The notes under the pieces: generated by a model | Told to the model about the DNA's origin: nothing | Database searches by the model: none | The model's input: the letters and a program-made list of their open reading frames with translations, nothing else | Made by a program: the position numbers and the translations under genes | Shown here: positions 8,699 to 17,002 of the stretch, piece by piece | Position numbering within the stretch: position 1 is the stretch's first letter | How the letters are laid out: each line of letters opens with the position of its first letter | Origin: a virus | DNA length: 64,000 bases | Virus record (IMG/VR): IMGVR_UViG_3300029555_000004 | Reading direction: 5' to 3' (one strand)

Positions 8699-8770
8699 CG
8701 GAAAGTGCAAGTAACTGGGAACGGCCTGGTCGTAGACTAGGTCTTAATGGTTCGAATCCATTCTTTCCGT
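8699..8770 (+). tRNA. tRNA-like element, possibly a degenerate tRNA-Tyr (GTA)
   Basis: The acceptor stem CGGAAAG/CTTTCCG and T arm AATGG-TTCGAAT-CCATT are good. The anticodon arm CCTGG-TCGTAGA-CTAGG has C at position 33, and I cannot fold a D stem. Confidence 0.35.
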
Positions 8771-9273
8771 TCCGTATAGTGGCGAAATATGTAGACGCTA
8801 TTGTGGTAGCATAGGTTTCAACCCACAACTTAGGTGACCTAAGTCGACAGCATGATAGGTGTAAATCCTATCCTATACGGACGTTTGGCGTGTTGAGTGA
8901 TAACACACCTGATTGAAAAGTGGCGGAACTATTGACGGTGATGAATCCGATACAATAGAAAGGCAGACGCAGAGGATAGTACATCATAATGGGTGAGTAT
9001 GTGTCTTAGGACATGGGATGTACATAGAAGTTCAAATCTTCTCTTTTCAATTCTATCTACCAAGTGTAGATTGGAAATCTGACTTTAGCATAGCTATTGT
9101 TAGTTCTCGCACATAAATGAGGATTTGTTTGTGTGCGTTCGTGCAGGCATATAGACGCAACTCACTAGCGATCTTGTGCAAAAACTTTTTAGAGAGATAA
9201 GACCAATGCCCGTGAGGAGTGATAGTCGGGGATTCTAAAAAAATCATCTTGTTTAGCGTTTGAGGATGAAAAA

Positions 9274-9345
9274 AGAAACATAGCTCAGTGGTAGAGCAAT
9301 GATATCCAATATCATGTGACACAGGTTCGATTCCTGTTGTTTCTA
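9274..9345 (+). tRNA. tRNA-Trp (anticodon CCA)
   Basis: Acceptor AGAAACA/TGTTTCT, D arm GCTC..GAGC, anticodon arm ATGAT-ATCCAAT-ATCAT, T arm ACAGG-TTCGATT-CCTGT. Confidence 0.85.
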
Positions 9346-9462
9346 TCTGGCAAATTGCCATTGCCAGAAGTTGCATTTTCCCCCTAAAGTTCCAGTGTTT
9401 CTCGTTGGGAGATTCATGCCGTTCAAGTCGGCACACTGGATTTTGAATGTGAGGTATAAGAA

Positions 9463-9828
9463 ATGAGAAAACCGATTATTTTATACATTGCACCTACTAG
9501 AAGAGATGTAGAATTGTTTTTACGTAAAACATTATTCCAAATTAAAAATGAACTTGTTCTGAAAACTAATTTTTCAACTAAAACTATTGAAACAAAAGAT
9601 TACATTTTGAAAGCAATTGCTATTTCGGATTATCGCATTTCGCACGGACTTTATCCAATAAAATATTTTCTGCAAAGCGAATGTACATTTTCAATGCGAA
9701 TATCATTTATTTCACCTATGTTTTTTGCTTTACAGACTATAAAAGACCATTTTTTGCCATGTACACAGGAAATTAACCAAGAACAGCTTATTAGTATTCT
9801 TAACGGAATTAATGAGGAGAAAAAATAG
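9463..9828 (+). CDS. hypothetical protein
   Basis: ORF track. GAGGT RBS. Confidence 0.5.
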   Translation: MRKPIILYIAPTRRDVELFLRKTLFQIKNELVLKTNFSTKTIETKDYILKAIAISDYRISHGLYPIKYFLQSECTFSMRISFISPMFFALQTIKDHFLPCTQEINQEQLISILNGINEEKK

Positions 9829-9830
9829 TT

Positions 9831-9977
9831 ATGGAAATTAATTGCAAAACCTGCAGAAAACATGATGACTTCACATGGGTTTGTTTCAATGGTGATAGCG
9901 AATATTGCGCAGACTTTACTGAACCAGAGTGCTGTTGCGAGTTTTGGGAAGGAAAAGAAGATGGAAATATGCGGTAA
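9831..9977 (+). CDS. small Cys-rich protein (48 aa)
   Basis: Hand-translated: MEINCKTCRKHDDFTWVCFNGDSEYCADFTEPECCCEFWEGKEDGNMR. GAGGAGA RBS. Confidence 0.35.
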   Translation: MEINCKTCRKHDDFTWVCFNGDSEYCADFTEPECCCEFWEGKEDGNMR

Positions 9978-10122
9978 AGAAATAAAAGACGAATGCTCAC
10001 ACTGCGGAAATATTCTTGAATGTGAGTTATTCCGGCAAGGACATGGAATAAAACAGGAACGTGAAAACATAGCTAAAATGATTGCCTGTCAGATGAAGCA
10101 CAGGGAGGAAAGAGAGAAATGA
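9961..10122 (+). CDS. small Cys-containing protein (53 aa)
   Basis: ORF track 9862..10122. Start moved to ATG 9961 behind GGGAAGGAAAAG. Contains CGKE..CSHCG. Confidence 0.4.
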   Translation: MEICGKEIKDECSHCGNILECELFRQGHGIKQERENIAKMIACQMKHREEREK

Positions 10123-10358
10123 TTAAAAAACTTTCTAATTTTTGGCTCAAAAGAAAAACGGACAATCTTACAAAAATTCCTTTATTCATTATGATGTTCA
10201 ATTGGAGAAAGTTTCAGAAAGATGGGAAAGATGGAAGCTGCTTATTATATGCGCTTCACCCAGATATTGCAAAGGATGCATTTTTGAGAGAAAAGTTGCA
10301 AGAGTGCGTAGATTATATCCGTGACAACTACGATATGGAAACATTTACTAAGATTTGA
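10119..10358 (+). CDS. hypothetical protein
   Basis: ORF track. GGGAGGAAAG RBS. ATGA overlap with the previous gene. Confidence 0.55.
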   Translation: MIKKLSNFWLKRKTDNLTKIPLFIMMFNWRKFQKDGKDGSCLLYALHPDIAKDAFLREKLQECVDYIRDNYDMETFTKI

Positions 10359-10368
10359 GGAGAATGCC

Positions 10369-10710
10369 ATGAGAATTGAAGAATTGAAAAATTGGACAGT
10401 AGATCAGCTGAAAGAAGTTGTTGTTCGTCTGGCTGATGAGAGCGAAGCAAAGCAACATGAAATTCTGAGCAAAAATAAGAAAATCAATGAGCTTCAGGCT
10501 AAACTTGATAAAATGTGCGATTACAACAATAACTTAAAAAGGCAGGTGCGTGAAAATGCAGATACGCCACTTTATGATGAATCTGTAGAAATCGCAAAAT
10601 GTCGCAGACAGCACCAGGATGATTGCATTACAATCAATCAGCTTCAGGCCGCATTGGATGTCATAGTTGACCGATATGCGAATCTGAGAAAGATTCATGG
10701 GGTGGGATAA
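10369..10710 (+). CDS. coiled-coil protein
   Basis: ORF track 10321..10710. Start moved to ATG 10369 behind GAGGAG. Confidence 0.55.
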   Translation: MRIEELKNWTVDQLKEVVVRLADESEAKQHEILSKNKKINELQAKLDKMCDYNNNLKRQVRENADTPLYDESVEIAKCRRQHQDDCITINQLQAALDVIVDRYANLRKIHGVG

Positions 10711-10714
10711 TGTT

Positions 10715-10990
10715 ATGAAAAACCAAATTACTGTTAGAAAATTAGTAAATATACTCGATGATCTTTCGCAGAGCGGCTTTGGAGATATGCCTGTATTCTT
10801 AGGCGAAAACTATCCGTTGTTAGAAGATTCGATAAGTATTAACACACATGAAAACAAGTTAAAAATCAGGAACACGTATTATGATGAGAAAATGACAGAA
10901 GCAATAAGAAGAGCCATTAAGAGGCTGGAATTTGTACATAGATCATATATATCAGATTGTTACGAAATCGGGAGAAGAATGGGAGAATAA
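10715..10990 (+). CDS. hypothetical protein
   Basis: ORF track 10697..10990. ATG 10715 chosen. Confidence 0.5.
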   Translation: MKNQITVRKLVNILDDLSQSGFGDMPVFLGENYPLLEDSISINTHENKLKIRNTYYDEKMTEAIRRAIKRLEFVHRSYISDCYEIGRRMGE

Positions 10991-10996
10991 GTTGAT

Positions 10997-11170
10997 ATGC
11001 CAAGTAATATGTCTTTTGAAACATTTATGTGCGCTTGGTTGAGCAACACTGGAAGCACCAGAGCATTGATGAGATACGGAATATACCTAACAAACAACGG
11101 AAAAAAGATGCACGGGGAACCAAAGGAACGTAGAGTTTCAGGGCGAAAAGGAGTAAGAAAAAATAAATGA
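10997..11170 (+). CDS. small basic protein (57 aa)
   Basis: Hand-translated: MPSNMSFETFMCAWLSNTGSTRALMRYG... ATGA overlap with the next gene. Preferred over the antisense ORF 11025..11219. Confidence 0.4.
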   Translation: MPSNMSFETFMCAWLSNTGSTRALMRYGIYLTNNGKKMHGEPKERRVSGRKGVRKNK

Positions 11171-11400
11171 GTATTAAGTCAGCATTAGAATCCGAAGGAA
11201 TAGATTTTTCTGAATACATGAACCAACCCGAACCGTGGAATGGACAGGCATTGATACGGAATATTAACGAAACGAAATACGCCTGTTGCCCTTTTTGTCA
11301 GAAGAAAGCGCTTCTGATTAGCCCAGAGACAAAGATTCAGCATCTTAAATTGAAGTGCAAGGGAAGTAACTGCAAGAAAGAGTTTGAGGTGAATGTATGA
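11167..11400 (+). CDS. zinc-finger protein, Mu Com-like
   Basis: CPFCQKK..(17 aa)..KCKGSNCKKEFEV: a CxxC...CxxxxC arrangement at the C-terminus, as in Com-type translational regulators. Motif-level call. Confidence 0.4.
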   Translation: MSIKSALESEGIDFSEYMNQPEPWNGQALIRNINETKYACCPFCQKKALLISPETKIQHLKLKCKGSNCKKEFEVNV

Positions 11401-11978
11401 GAATTGTGGTTAAAAGGATTCCGATTGAGATCATCGAACTTGGAATAGAAACATATGCGCAGATTGATATCGAGGAAATTCTTCTTATATCTTATCCGCC
11501 AATTACAAAGACCGTTTTAAAATTTTATACTGAGTACATTGCGTTTGAATTCCAAAATGAATATTCAGTAAAAATAAAAAATGATGATGCAGTGATAAAA
11601 TGTTATAGGGGAAACACTTTGAACACTTTCATTCAGAAAGACGCAGGTGAAAGAACTGTTGCTGAATGGCGCAAGGTTATATCGCGTTCAGAAAACACTC
11701 CGTACATTGTTAGAACTATTGATTCTATAAAAGTGCCTGATGAAGATGTTATTAAAACAGTTGCCAGCGATGCGGAAGAACTTCAAAAGACTAAACCTGT
11801 GGAACTGGACGAACTTTCGGAAGAAACCAAGTTTAGAATTTATAAATTAATTGTAAATGAAATTGGAAAGCATTTTTATAATTGCGAGATGCGTATGTCA
11901 TATAAAGACTTTATACTTGTTGAGGATTGCATCAGAAAAGTTTTGCAAGGAGAACAAGATGAACGCAAAACGGATTAA
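11397..11978 (+). CDS. hypothetical protein
   Basis: ORF track. Translationally coupled to the previous gene (ATGA overlap). Confidence 0.55.
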   Translation: MRIVVKRIPIEIIELGIETYAQIDIEEILLISYPPITKTVLKFYTEYIAFEFQNEYSVKIKNDDAVIKCYRGNTLNTFIQKDAGERTVAEWRKVISRSENTPYIVRTIDSIKVPDEDVIKTVASDAEELQKTKPVELDELSEETKFRIYKLIVNEIGKHFYNCEMRMSYKDFILVEDCIRKVLQGEQDERKTD

Positions 11979-12138
11979 ATGTATTCTGACAGGTGGATGC
12001 AAGTTCAAAAGCTGTGATACAGAATCAAAATGTAACGATAAAGAAAAGACCTGTACAATCACAGAAACTTGCTACAAATGCGGGAAGAAGTACACTGCCG
12101 TATTTACTTACAAACAGTTAGGGATTTCAGTGAGGTGA
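11959..12138 (+). CDS. small Cys-rich protein (59 aa)
   Basis: ORF track 11857..12138. Start moved to ATG 11959 behind AGGAGA. Confidence 0.45.
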   Translation: MNAKRIKCILTGGCKFKSCDTESKCNDKEKTCTITETCYKCGKKYTAVFTYKQLGISVR

Positions 12139-12142
12139 ATTT

Positions 12143-12397
12143 ATGAAAGTATATCTGGTTTACGGAGATGTCCATTTTGAACAATATGGTTCAGAATTTC
12201 ATTTATTTGGAGTGTTTACTTCAAAGGAAATGGCAGAGAAAGTCAAAAATCAGAAAGAGGAAGAATTCTACCGAAAAGAAATGAAAGAAAAACCGTGTTA
12301 TCGTAATATCGACAGCAGGGAAGAGGTTGAATTCGAAATAAAAGAAATGCAACTTGATAAAATTTGCGACTTATTTGTAGGAGGATATGTCGAATGA
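12143..12397 (+). CDS. hypothetical protein
   Basis: ORF track. GAGGTG RBS. Confidence 0.55.
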   Translation: MKVYLVYGDVHFEQYGSEFHLFGVFTSKEMAEKVKNQKEEEFYRKEMKEKPCYRNIDSREEVEFEIKEMQLDKICDLFVGGYVE

Positions 12398-12981
12398 AAA
12401 AGATACCAACATTGTTTGAGCGAGAATTTAAAGACCATAATGTTATAAAAATCCTTCCAAAAGTGCATCCGGGTATGGAATGGGTACTTGAAGGAGAAGG
12501 GATTGCAACAGTGAAATATGATGGCGTTTGTTGTGCCGTAATTGACGGACAGTATTATAAACGATACGACTGCAAGAAAGGAAAAACACCGCCAGAAGGA
12601 TTTATCCCTTGTTGTGAACCAGACACAATTACAGGTCATTGGCCGGGATGGGTAAAGGTTGATGAGAAAAATCCGGCTGATAAGTGGTTTGTAGAAGCGT
12701 ATTATGTAACTTCAATGTGGACAAATCAAGGTTGTAAATTACCAGATGGCACATATGAAGCTGTCGGAAATCATTTTCAAGGCAATCCATATTATGACGA
12801 TGATGATTCTTTAGTAAGACATGGCAACAATATCGTTGAAGTCGAGCGTACATTTTATGGAATCAAGAAATATCTTTCCGAACACGAGATAGAGGGATTA
12901 GTTTTCTGGAAGGACGGAAGCCCACAATGCAAAATCAAACGTTCAGATTTTGGCTTTGAATGGCCCGTCAAGAAAGCGTGA
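12394..12981 (+). CDS. minimal ATP-dependent ligase-like nucleotidyltransferase
   Basis: ORF track 12364..12981. Start moved to ATG 12394 behind AGGAGG. Covalent nucleotidyltransferase motifs: KYDG (motif I KxDG), EGLVFWK (motif IV), CKIKRSDF (motif V). Confidence 0.55.
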   Translation: MKKIPTLFEREFKDHNVIKILPKVHPGMEWVLEGEGIATVKYDGVCCAVIDGQYYKRYDCKKGKTPPEGFIPCCEPDTITGHWPGWVKVDEKNPADKWFVEAYYVTSMWTNQGCKLPDGTYEAVGNHFQGNPYYDDDDSLVRHGNNIVEVERTFYGIKKYLSEHEIEGLVFWKDGSPQCKIKRSDFGFEWPVKKA

Positions 12982-12985
12982 CCAA

Positions 12986-13180
12986 ATGAACAAAATCAGA
13001 AAAATATGTTGGATAATTGCGAATTTCATAATATTCAAATGGGTAGCAGATTATTTGATAGGCACAATTCAAATGATGATTGAAAATCATTGGGGATTTT
13101 CGGCAGTACCATTACTGTTTATGGCAGTATTCGCAGAGTGGAAAGTAATTGAAAATATTTTTACGGAAATAAATAAGTAA
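12986..13180 (+). CDS. small membrane protein
   Basis: ORF track 12950..13180. Start moved to ATG 12986. Two hydrophobic helices. Confidence 0.5.
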   Translation: MNKIRKICWIIANFIIFKWVADYLIGTIQMMIENHWGFSAVPLLFMAVFAEWKVIENIFTEINK

Positions 13181-13201
13181 ACCAGTCAAGAGAGCCACAT
13201 G

Positions 13202-13250
13202 AGAGCCAGACTAAATCCTAAAAAGAAAGGAAGTCTGGCTCTATTTTTAT
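13202..13250 (+). terminator. strong hairpin plus T-run abutting the terL start
   Basis: AGAGCCAGACT (13202-13212) pairs with AGTCTGGCTCT (13232-13242), an 11-bp stem, followed by ATTTTTAT. The terL ATG (13249) lies inside the T-run. Confidence 0.6.
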
Positions 13251-15000
13251 GGAAAAAATTACAGAAGGTTCGCTTGAATGGTATCGGACAGTCCTAAATC
13301 AGATTATCAATGGGGACATGACAATCTATCAAAATCAAAAAGATTGCCTTGATTTGCTCTTAAATATGAATATTGACCTTCCTTTCGACAAGAACCAAGA
13401 AGCACGGAAAATGGCTATGAAAGTAAGTCAATACTCACATAACATAGCAGAGAAGTGTGCTGCATTAACTGGTAGTGGTGACTTTGACGATATCTACTGG
13501 CAGTATTTATTATTGGAATCACCACATTTGCTTGATTCATATGCCATGTATATAGAAAAAGATAGAAAACCAGAAGAACGGTTCTATTTACCAAGACGCA
13601 GAACATTGAAAAAAGTAGTAGATAAATTACAAGCACTTGAAGAAGATGAACTTGACGAATTGTTTCTGCATCAGCCAGCCAGAACTGGTAAATCGCAAAT
13701 TATTACTGTTGGAACCGCATGGCATTGTGCAAGAAATTCAGAGATAAGCAACCTCTATGTTACATATAAAGAAGGACTTGGCGGCGCATTCCTAGATGGA
13801 GTTATGGAAATATGGACTGACCCCACATATTGTCATGAAGATGTATTTCATTCAAAAATAGCCAGAACGGATGCAAAGAACCACAAAGTAGACCTTGAAA
13901 GAAAGAAAAAATATGCGACATTATCTGGAAAAGGTTTGGAATCTGGTTTGAACGGTGAGTATGACGCATATGGTTGGCTGATTCTCGATGATATCCTGGA
14001 AGGTATTCAAGATGTATTAAATCCAGATATTCTAAGAAGAAAGCAAATTGTGTTTGACAACAATGTAATGTCGAGAAAGAAAGAACAATGTAAATTGATT
14101 CTAAATGGTACTATCTGGTCATTGCATGATTTGTATATGGACAGACTATCATTTCTTCAAAATAATCCAGAGGCAAAACACATTAGATATGATGTTCTTA
14201 AAATTCCAGCTCTTGACCCGGAAACTGATGAGAGCAATTTTGACTACGATTACGGAGTTGGATTCAGTACAAAATATTATCGTACTATTCGTTCTAAATT
14301 TGAAGAAAACGATGATATGGCAGGATGGTTAGCCCAATATCAGCAGGAACCTATTGAAAGAGATGGCGCTTTATTTAATGCGCAACATATGAATTTTTAT
14401 AATGGACAACTGCCAGATGAAGAACCATTGAAAGTAGTTTCGGCTTGCGACGTGGCTCTTGGTGGTAGTGATTACCTTGCAATGCCAGTAGCATATGTAT
14501 ATGAAGATGGTTCCGTATATATACACGAAGTAGTATTTGATAACTCTGAAAAGAAATTTACTATGCCAAAAGTTGTATCAGCAATTGTCAATAATAAAGT
14601 TACGAATGCTTTTTTTGAAGCCAATGCAGGCGGCGAAGGGTATAAAGATGAAGTAGAAGGAAAGTTGAAGGAGCAAGGGTATCAAACTAATCTTACTTCT
14701 AAATATGCTCAACAAATGATTTTGAATAATGGTGGACACGCACCTAAATCAGCAGTTAGAAAAGAACAGAGAATTTGGGATAATGCTGAAAACATTAGAA
14801 AATTTTATTTTCTTGATACTGGATATCAAAATGCAGAGTATAGAAAATTTATGAATAATGTCTATTCATTCACAATGACAGGAAAAAATAAGCACGATGA
14901 CGCACCAGATTCACTCGCTAGCTTAGCAGTATTCTTAAAAAATGGAAGCGGAGTTGGAACCGCAACAGCAACACAGAATCCACTTTGGGGAAGGAGATAG
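13249..15000 (+). CDS. terL: terminase large subunit
   Basis: 583 aa. Walker A-like PARTGKS and Walker B-like WLILDD, with a C-terminal nuclease-like half. Precedes the portal and head genes. Confidence 0.85.
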   Translation: MEKITEGSLEWYRTVLNQIINGDMTIYQNQKDCLDLLLNMNIDLPFDKNQEARKMAMKVSQYSHNIAEKCAALTGSGDFDDIYWQYLLLESPHLLDSYAMYIEKDRKPEERFYLPRRRTLKKVVDKLQALEEDELDELFLHQPARTGKSQIITVGTAWHCARNSEISNLYVTYKEGLGGAFLDGVMEIWTDPTYCHEDVFHSKIARTDAKNHKVDLERKKKYATLSGKGLESGLNGEYDAYGWLILDDILEGIQDVLNPDILRRKQIVFDNNVMSRKKEQCKLILNGTIWSLHDLYMDRLSFLQNNPEAKHIRYDVLKIPALDPETDESNFDYDYGVGFSTKYYRTIRSKFEENDDMAGWLAQYQQEPIERDGALFNAQHMNFYNGQLPDEEPLKVVSACDVALGGSDYLAMPVAYVYEDGSVYIHEVVFDNSEKKFTMPKVVSAIVNNKVTNAFFEANAGGEGYKDEVEGKLKEQGYQTNLTSKYAQQMILNNGGHAPKSAVRKEQRIWDNAENIRKFYFLDTGYQNAEYRKFMNNVYSFTMTGKNKHDDAPDSLASLAVFLKNGSGVGTATATQNPLWGRR

Positions 15001-15003
15001 AGT

Positions 15004-15426
15004 ATGATGACTACAGCTCAATATTTACGCCAGATTGAAAATTATGATAACAGAATCAAAAATAAGCTTATCGAAGAAGAACAGCTCAGTTCTCTTTCCA
15101 CAAGTGTATCTGCAATTCCTGTTGGAGAAAAGGTACAAACTTCTGTAAAACGTGATCCAATGGGAGATATGGTTGCAAAGATATTTGATCTGCGAGAAGA
15201 GATTTCAAAAATGATATCCGAATTTTTACAAAAAAAACAGGAAATAGTCCGAACCATAGAACAGGTTGAAGACCCGTTGCTATACAACATACTATTTAAG
15301 CATTATGTTGAGTACAAATCTTTGGTTCGTATCGCAGATGAGATGGGATATTCCGAAATACATATGAAAAGAATGCACTTAAAAGCCATAGCAGAAGTAA
15401 AAAAGATAAAAGGTTTTGAAAGATGA
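15004..15426 (+). CDS. sigma-70 region-4-like / DUF1492-type HTH protein
   Basis: C-terminal YKSLVRIADEMGYSEIHMKRMHLKAIAEV resembles a region-4 HTH. GGAAGGAG RBS. Confidence 0.4.
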   Translation: MMTTAQYLRQIENYDNRIKNKLIEEEQLSSLSTSVSAIPVGEKVQTSVKRDPMGDMVAKIFDLREEISKMISEFLQKKQEIVRTIEQVEDPLLYNILFKHYVEYKSLVRIADEMGYSEIHMKRMHLKAIAEVKKIKGFER

Positions 15427-15467
15427 TACTAAAGTATACTGAATGATACCACCAATATGTGTAAAAT
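15425..15467 (+). promoter_or_regulatory. conserved late-region element, copy A
   Basis: GATACT-N4-TATACTGAATGATACC-N5-TATGTGTAAAAT. The core TATACTGAATGATAC is shared with copies at 27225 and 42290. Confidence 0.55.
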
Positions 15468-15476
15468 ATAAAGTAG

Positions 15477-15511
15477 AGCATTGGATTAAAATATCCAGTG
15501 CTTTTTATTTT
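15477..15511 (+). terminator. intrinsic terminator following element A
   Basis: GCATTGGA-TTAAAATA-TCCAGTGC (8 bp including one G-U pair), then TTTTTATTTT. Confidence 0.55.
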
Positions 15512-15520
15512 GCAGAAAGG

Positions 15521-17002
15521 ATGGTTCGGCTCGTGAGAAATACAATGAATTTTGTAGATTTATGCCGAGGTGAGTTCGGGCGAAAAGTAGCCTACACAGG
15601 CGTTGACCGAATCACTCCACAAAATGTAGTAAAAGTAGTATCAGATACAATTGGCATACATAATAGAAACCGAACATTGATTGATTACTTGTATCGGTAT
15701 ATGAAAGGCGATCAGCCGATATTATACCGAAACAAAATAGTCCGACCAGAAGTTAATAACAGAGTGGTCGAAAATCACGCATTTGAAACTGTAAAATTTA
15801 AAGCTGGACAGATTTGTGGGGAGCCAATCCAATATGTATGTAAAAAGAAAAATGCAGACAAAAAAATAAATGAGCAAGTTGATTTGTTGAATGATTATCT
15901 GGATGAAGCCAATGCAGATGCAAGAAACATCCAGAGGGCAATATACCAAAGTGCAACAGGAACTTCCTATAAGGCTATTCTGAAAGAAGAGGACTGGACA
16001 AAAAACGGAGATTTACCACCGTTTAGAATCTTCATTCCGTATCCTGGTGATTGTTACATTGTATACTCACAGAGAAATGGGAAACCAATGCTTTCCGTGC
16101 AGATTTTAAAAGATGAAGATGAACAGCAATATTATTTGTGCTATTCAAAGAACCAGTTTTTTGAAATCAAGAATGGAAAAGTAACTAACTACGGCATCAA
16201 TGGTTTTGGTGGTATTCCAATCGTTGAATGTCCGAATAATCACGACAGACTTTCGGATGTTGAAATTGCAATCACCTTATTTGATGCAATTAACAAATAT
16301 CAGTCTGATAGATTAAATGGCGTGGAACAGTTTGTGCAAGCCTTTATGAAGTTTAAGAACTGCGAGGTAGACGAAAACGAGTTTTTGAAAATGGTAAAAC
16401 TTGGTGCTATCTCTGTTAAAGATACCGGAAATGGATGTCAGTCGGATGTTGAACTGATGACCGCTGAATTGAATCAATCAGAGAGCCAGGTTGCAAAGGA
16501 TGATATCTACAATAATATGCTGATTGTAGAAGCAATGCCAAACCGACAAAGCAATAGTGGAGGAGATACAGGAAATGCCGTATACCTTCGTAATGGATGG
16601 GATTTTGCAGAGAGAGATGCAAAATTGGTAGAAGCATTCACCAAGGAAGCTGAAAAGGAATCTGCCAGAATTATTCTAAATATTATCCGTGGCACGTCAA
16701 ATGATGTTAATATCTCAACCCGAGATTTCGATGTGAAGATAACCAGAAACCCAACAGACAATATGCTTGTAAAAGCACAGGCACTTGATTATCTGTTTAA
16801 AAATAAAATCCATCCGCTTATTGCACTAATTACTTGCGGTTTATTTAGTGATCCACAGAAAGTTTATGAAATGAGTTTACCGTATCTGGGAACTATTTAC
16901 CCGGAACTGGCAGACCCGGAAGCAGAAATGCAGAAAGCGCAACAATTACTGGATGAAAAATTTCAGAATCCAATCAATAAAGGCGTGATAGATAATGAAT
17001 AA
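15521..17002 (+). CDS. portal protein
   Basis: ORF track 15443..17002. The first 26 codons cover element A and its terminator, so the start is placed at ATG 15521 (15533 GTG or 15545 ATG are also possible). About 490 aa, lying between terL and a MuF-like gene. Confidence 0.7.
   Translation: MVRLVRNTMNFVDLCRGEFGRKVAYTGVDRITPQNVVKVVSDTIGIHNRNRTLIDYLYRYMKGDQPILYRNKIVRPEVNNRVVENHAFETVKFKAGQICGEPIQYVCKKKNADKKINEQVDLLNDYLDEANADARNIQRAIYQSATGTSYKAILKEEDWTKNGDLPPFRIFIPYPGDCYIVYSQRNGKPMLSVQILKDEDEQQYYLCYSKNQFFEIKNGKVTNYGINGFGGIPIVECPNNHDRLSDVEIAITLFDAINKYQSDRLNGVEQFVQAFMKFKNCEVDENEFLKMVKLGAISVKDTGNGCQSDVELMTAELNQSESQVAKDDIYNNMLIVEAMPNRQSNSGGDTGNAVYLRNGWDFAERDAKLVEAFTKEAEKESARIILNIIRGTSNDVNISTRDFDVKITRNPTDNMLVKAQALDYLFKNKIHPLIALITCGLFSDPQKVYEMSLPYLGTIYPELADPEAEMQKAQQLLDEKFQNPINKGVIDNE

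Noticed and set aside
8801-8828. Opal-suppressor tRNA (TTTCAA loop, TCA anticodon) combined with the in-frame TGA in the Rha gene, as evidence for TGA recoding.
   Set aside because: I cannot fold a 5-bp anticodon stem with a 7-nt loop around TCA. Many long intact genes (including the cas12-like gene, HNH and several small ORFs) terminate at TGA. The standard code gives uninterrupted 583-, 1289- and 1646-aa structural ORFs.
9053-9436. 127-aa minus-strand ORF in the tRNA island.
   Set aside because: It overlaps tRNA-Trp on the opposite strand. It has a GTG start without an RBS and no coding-like composition.
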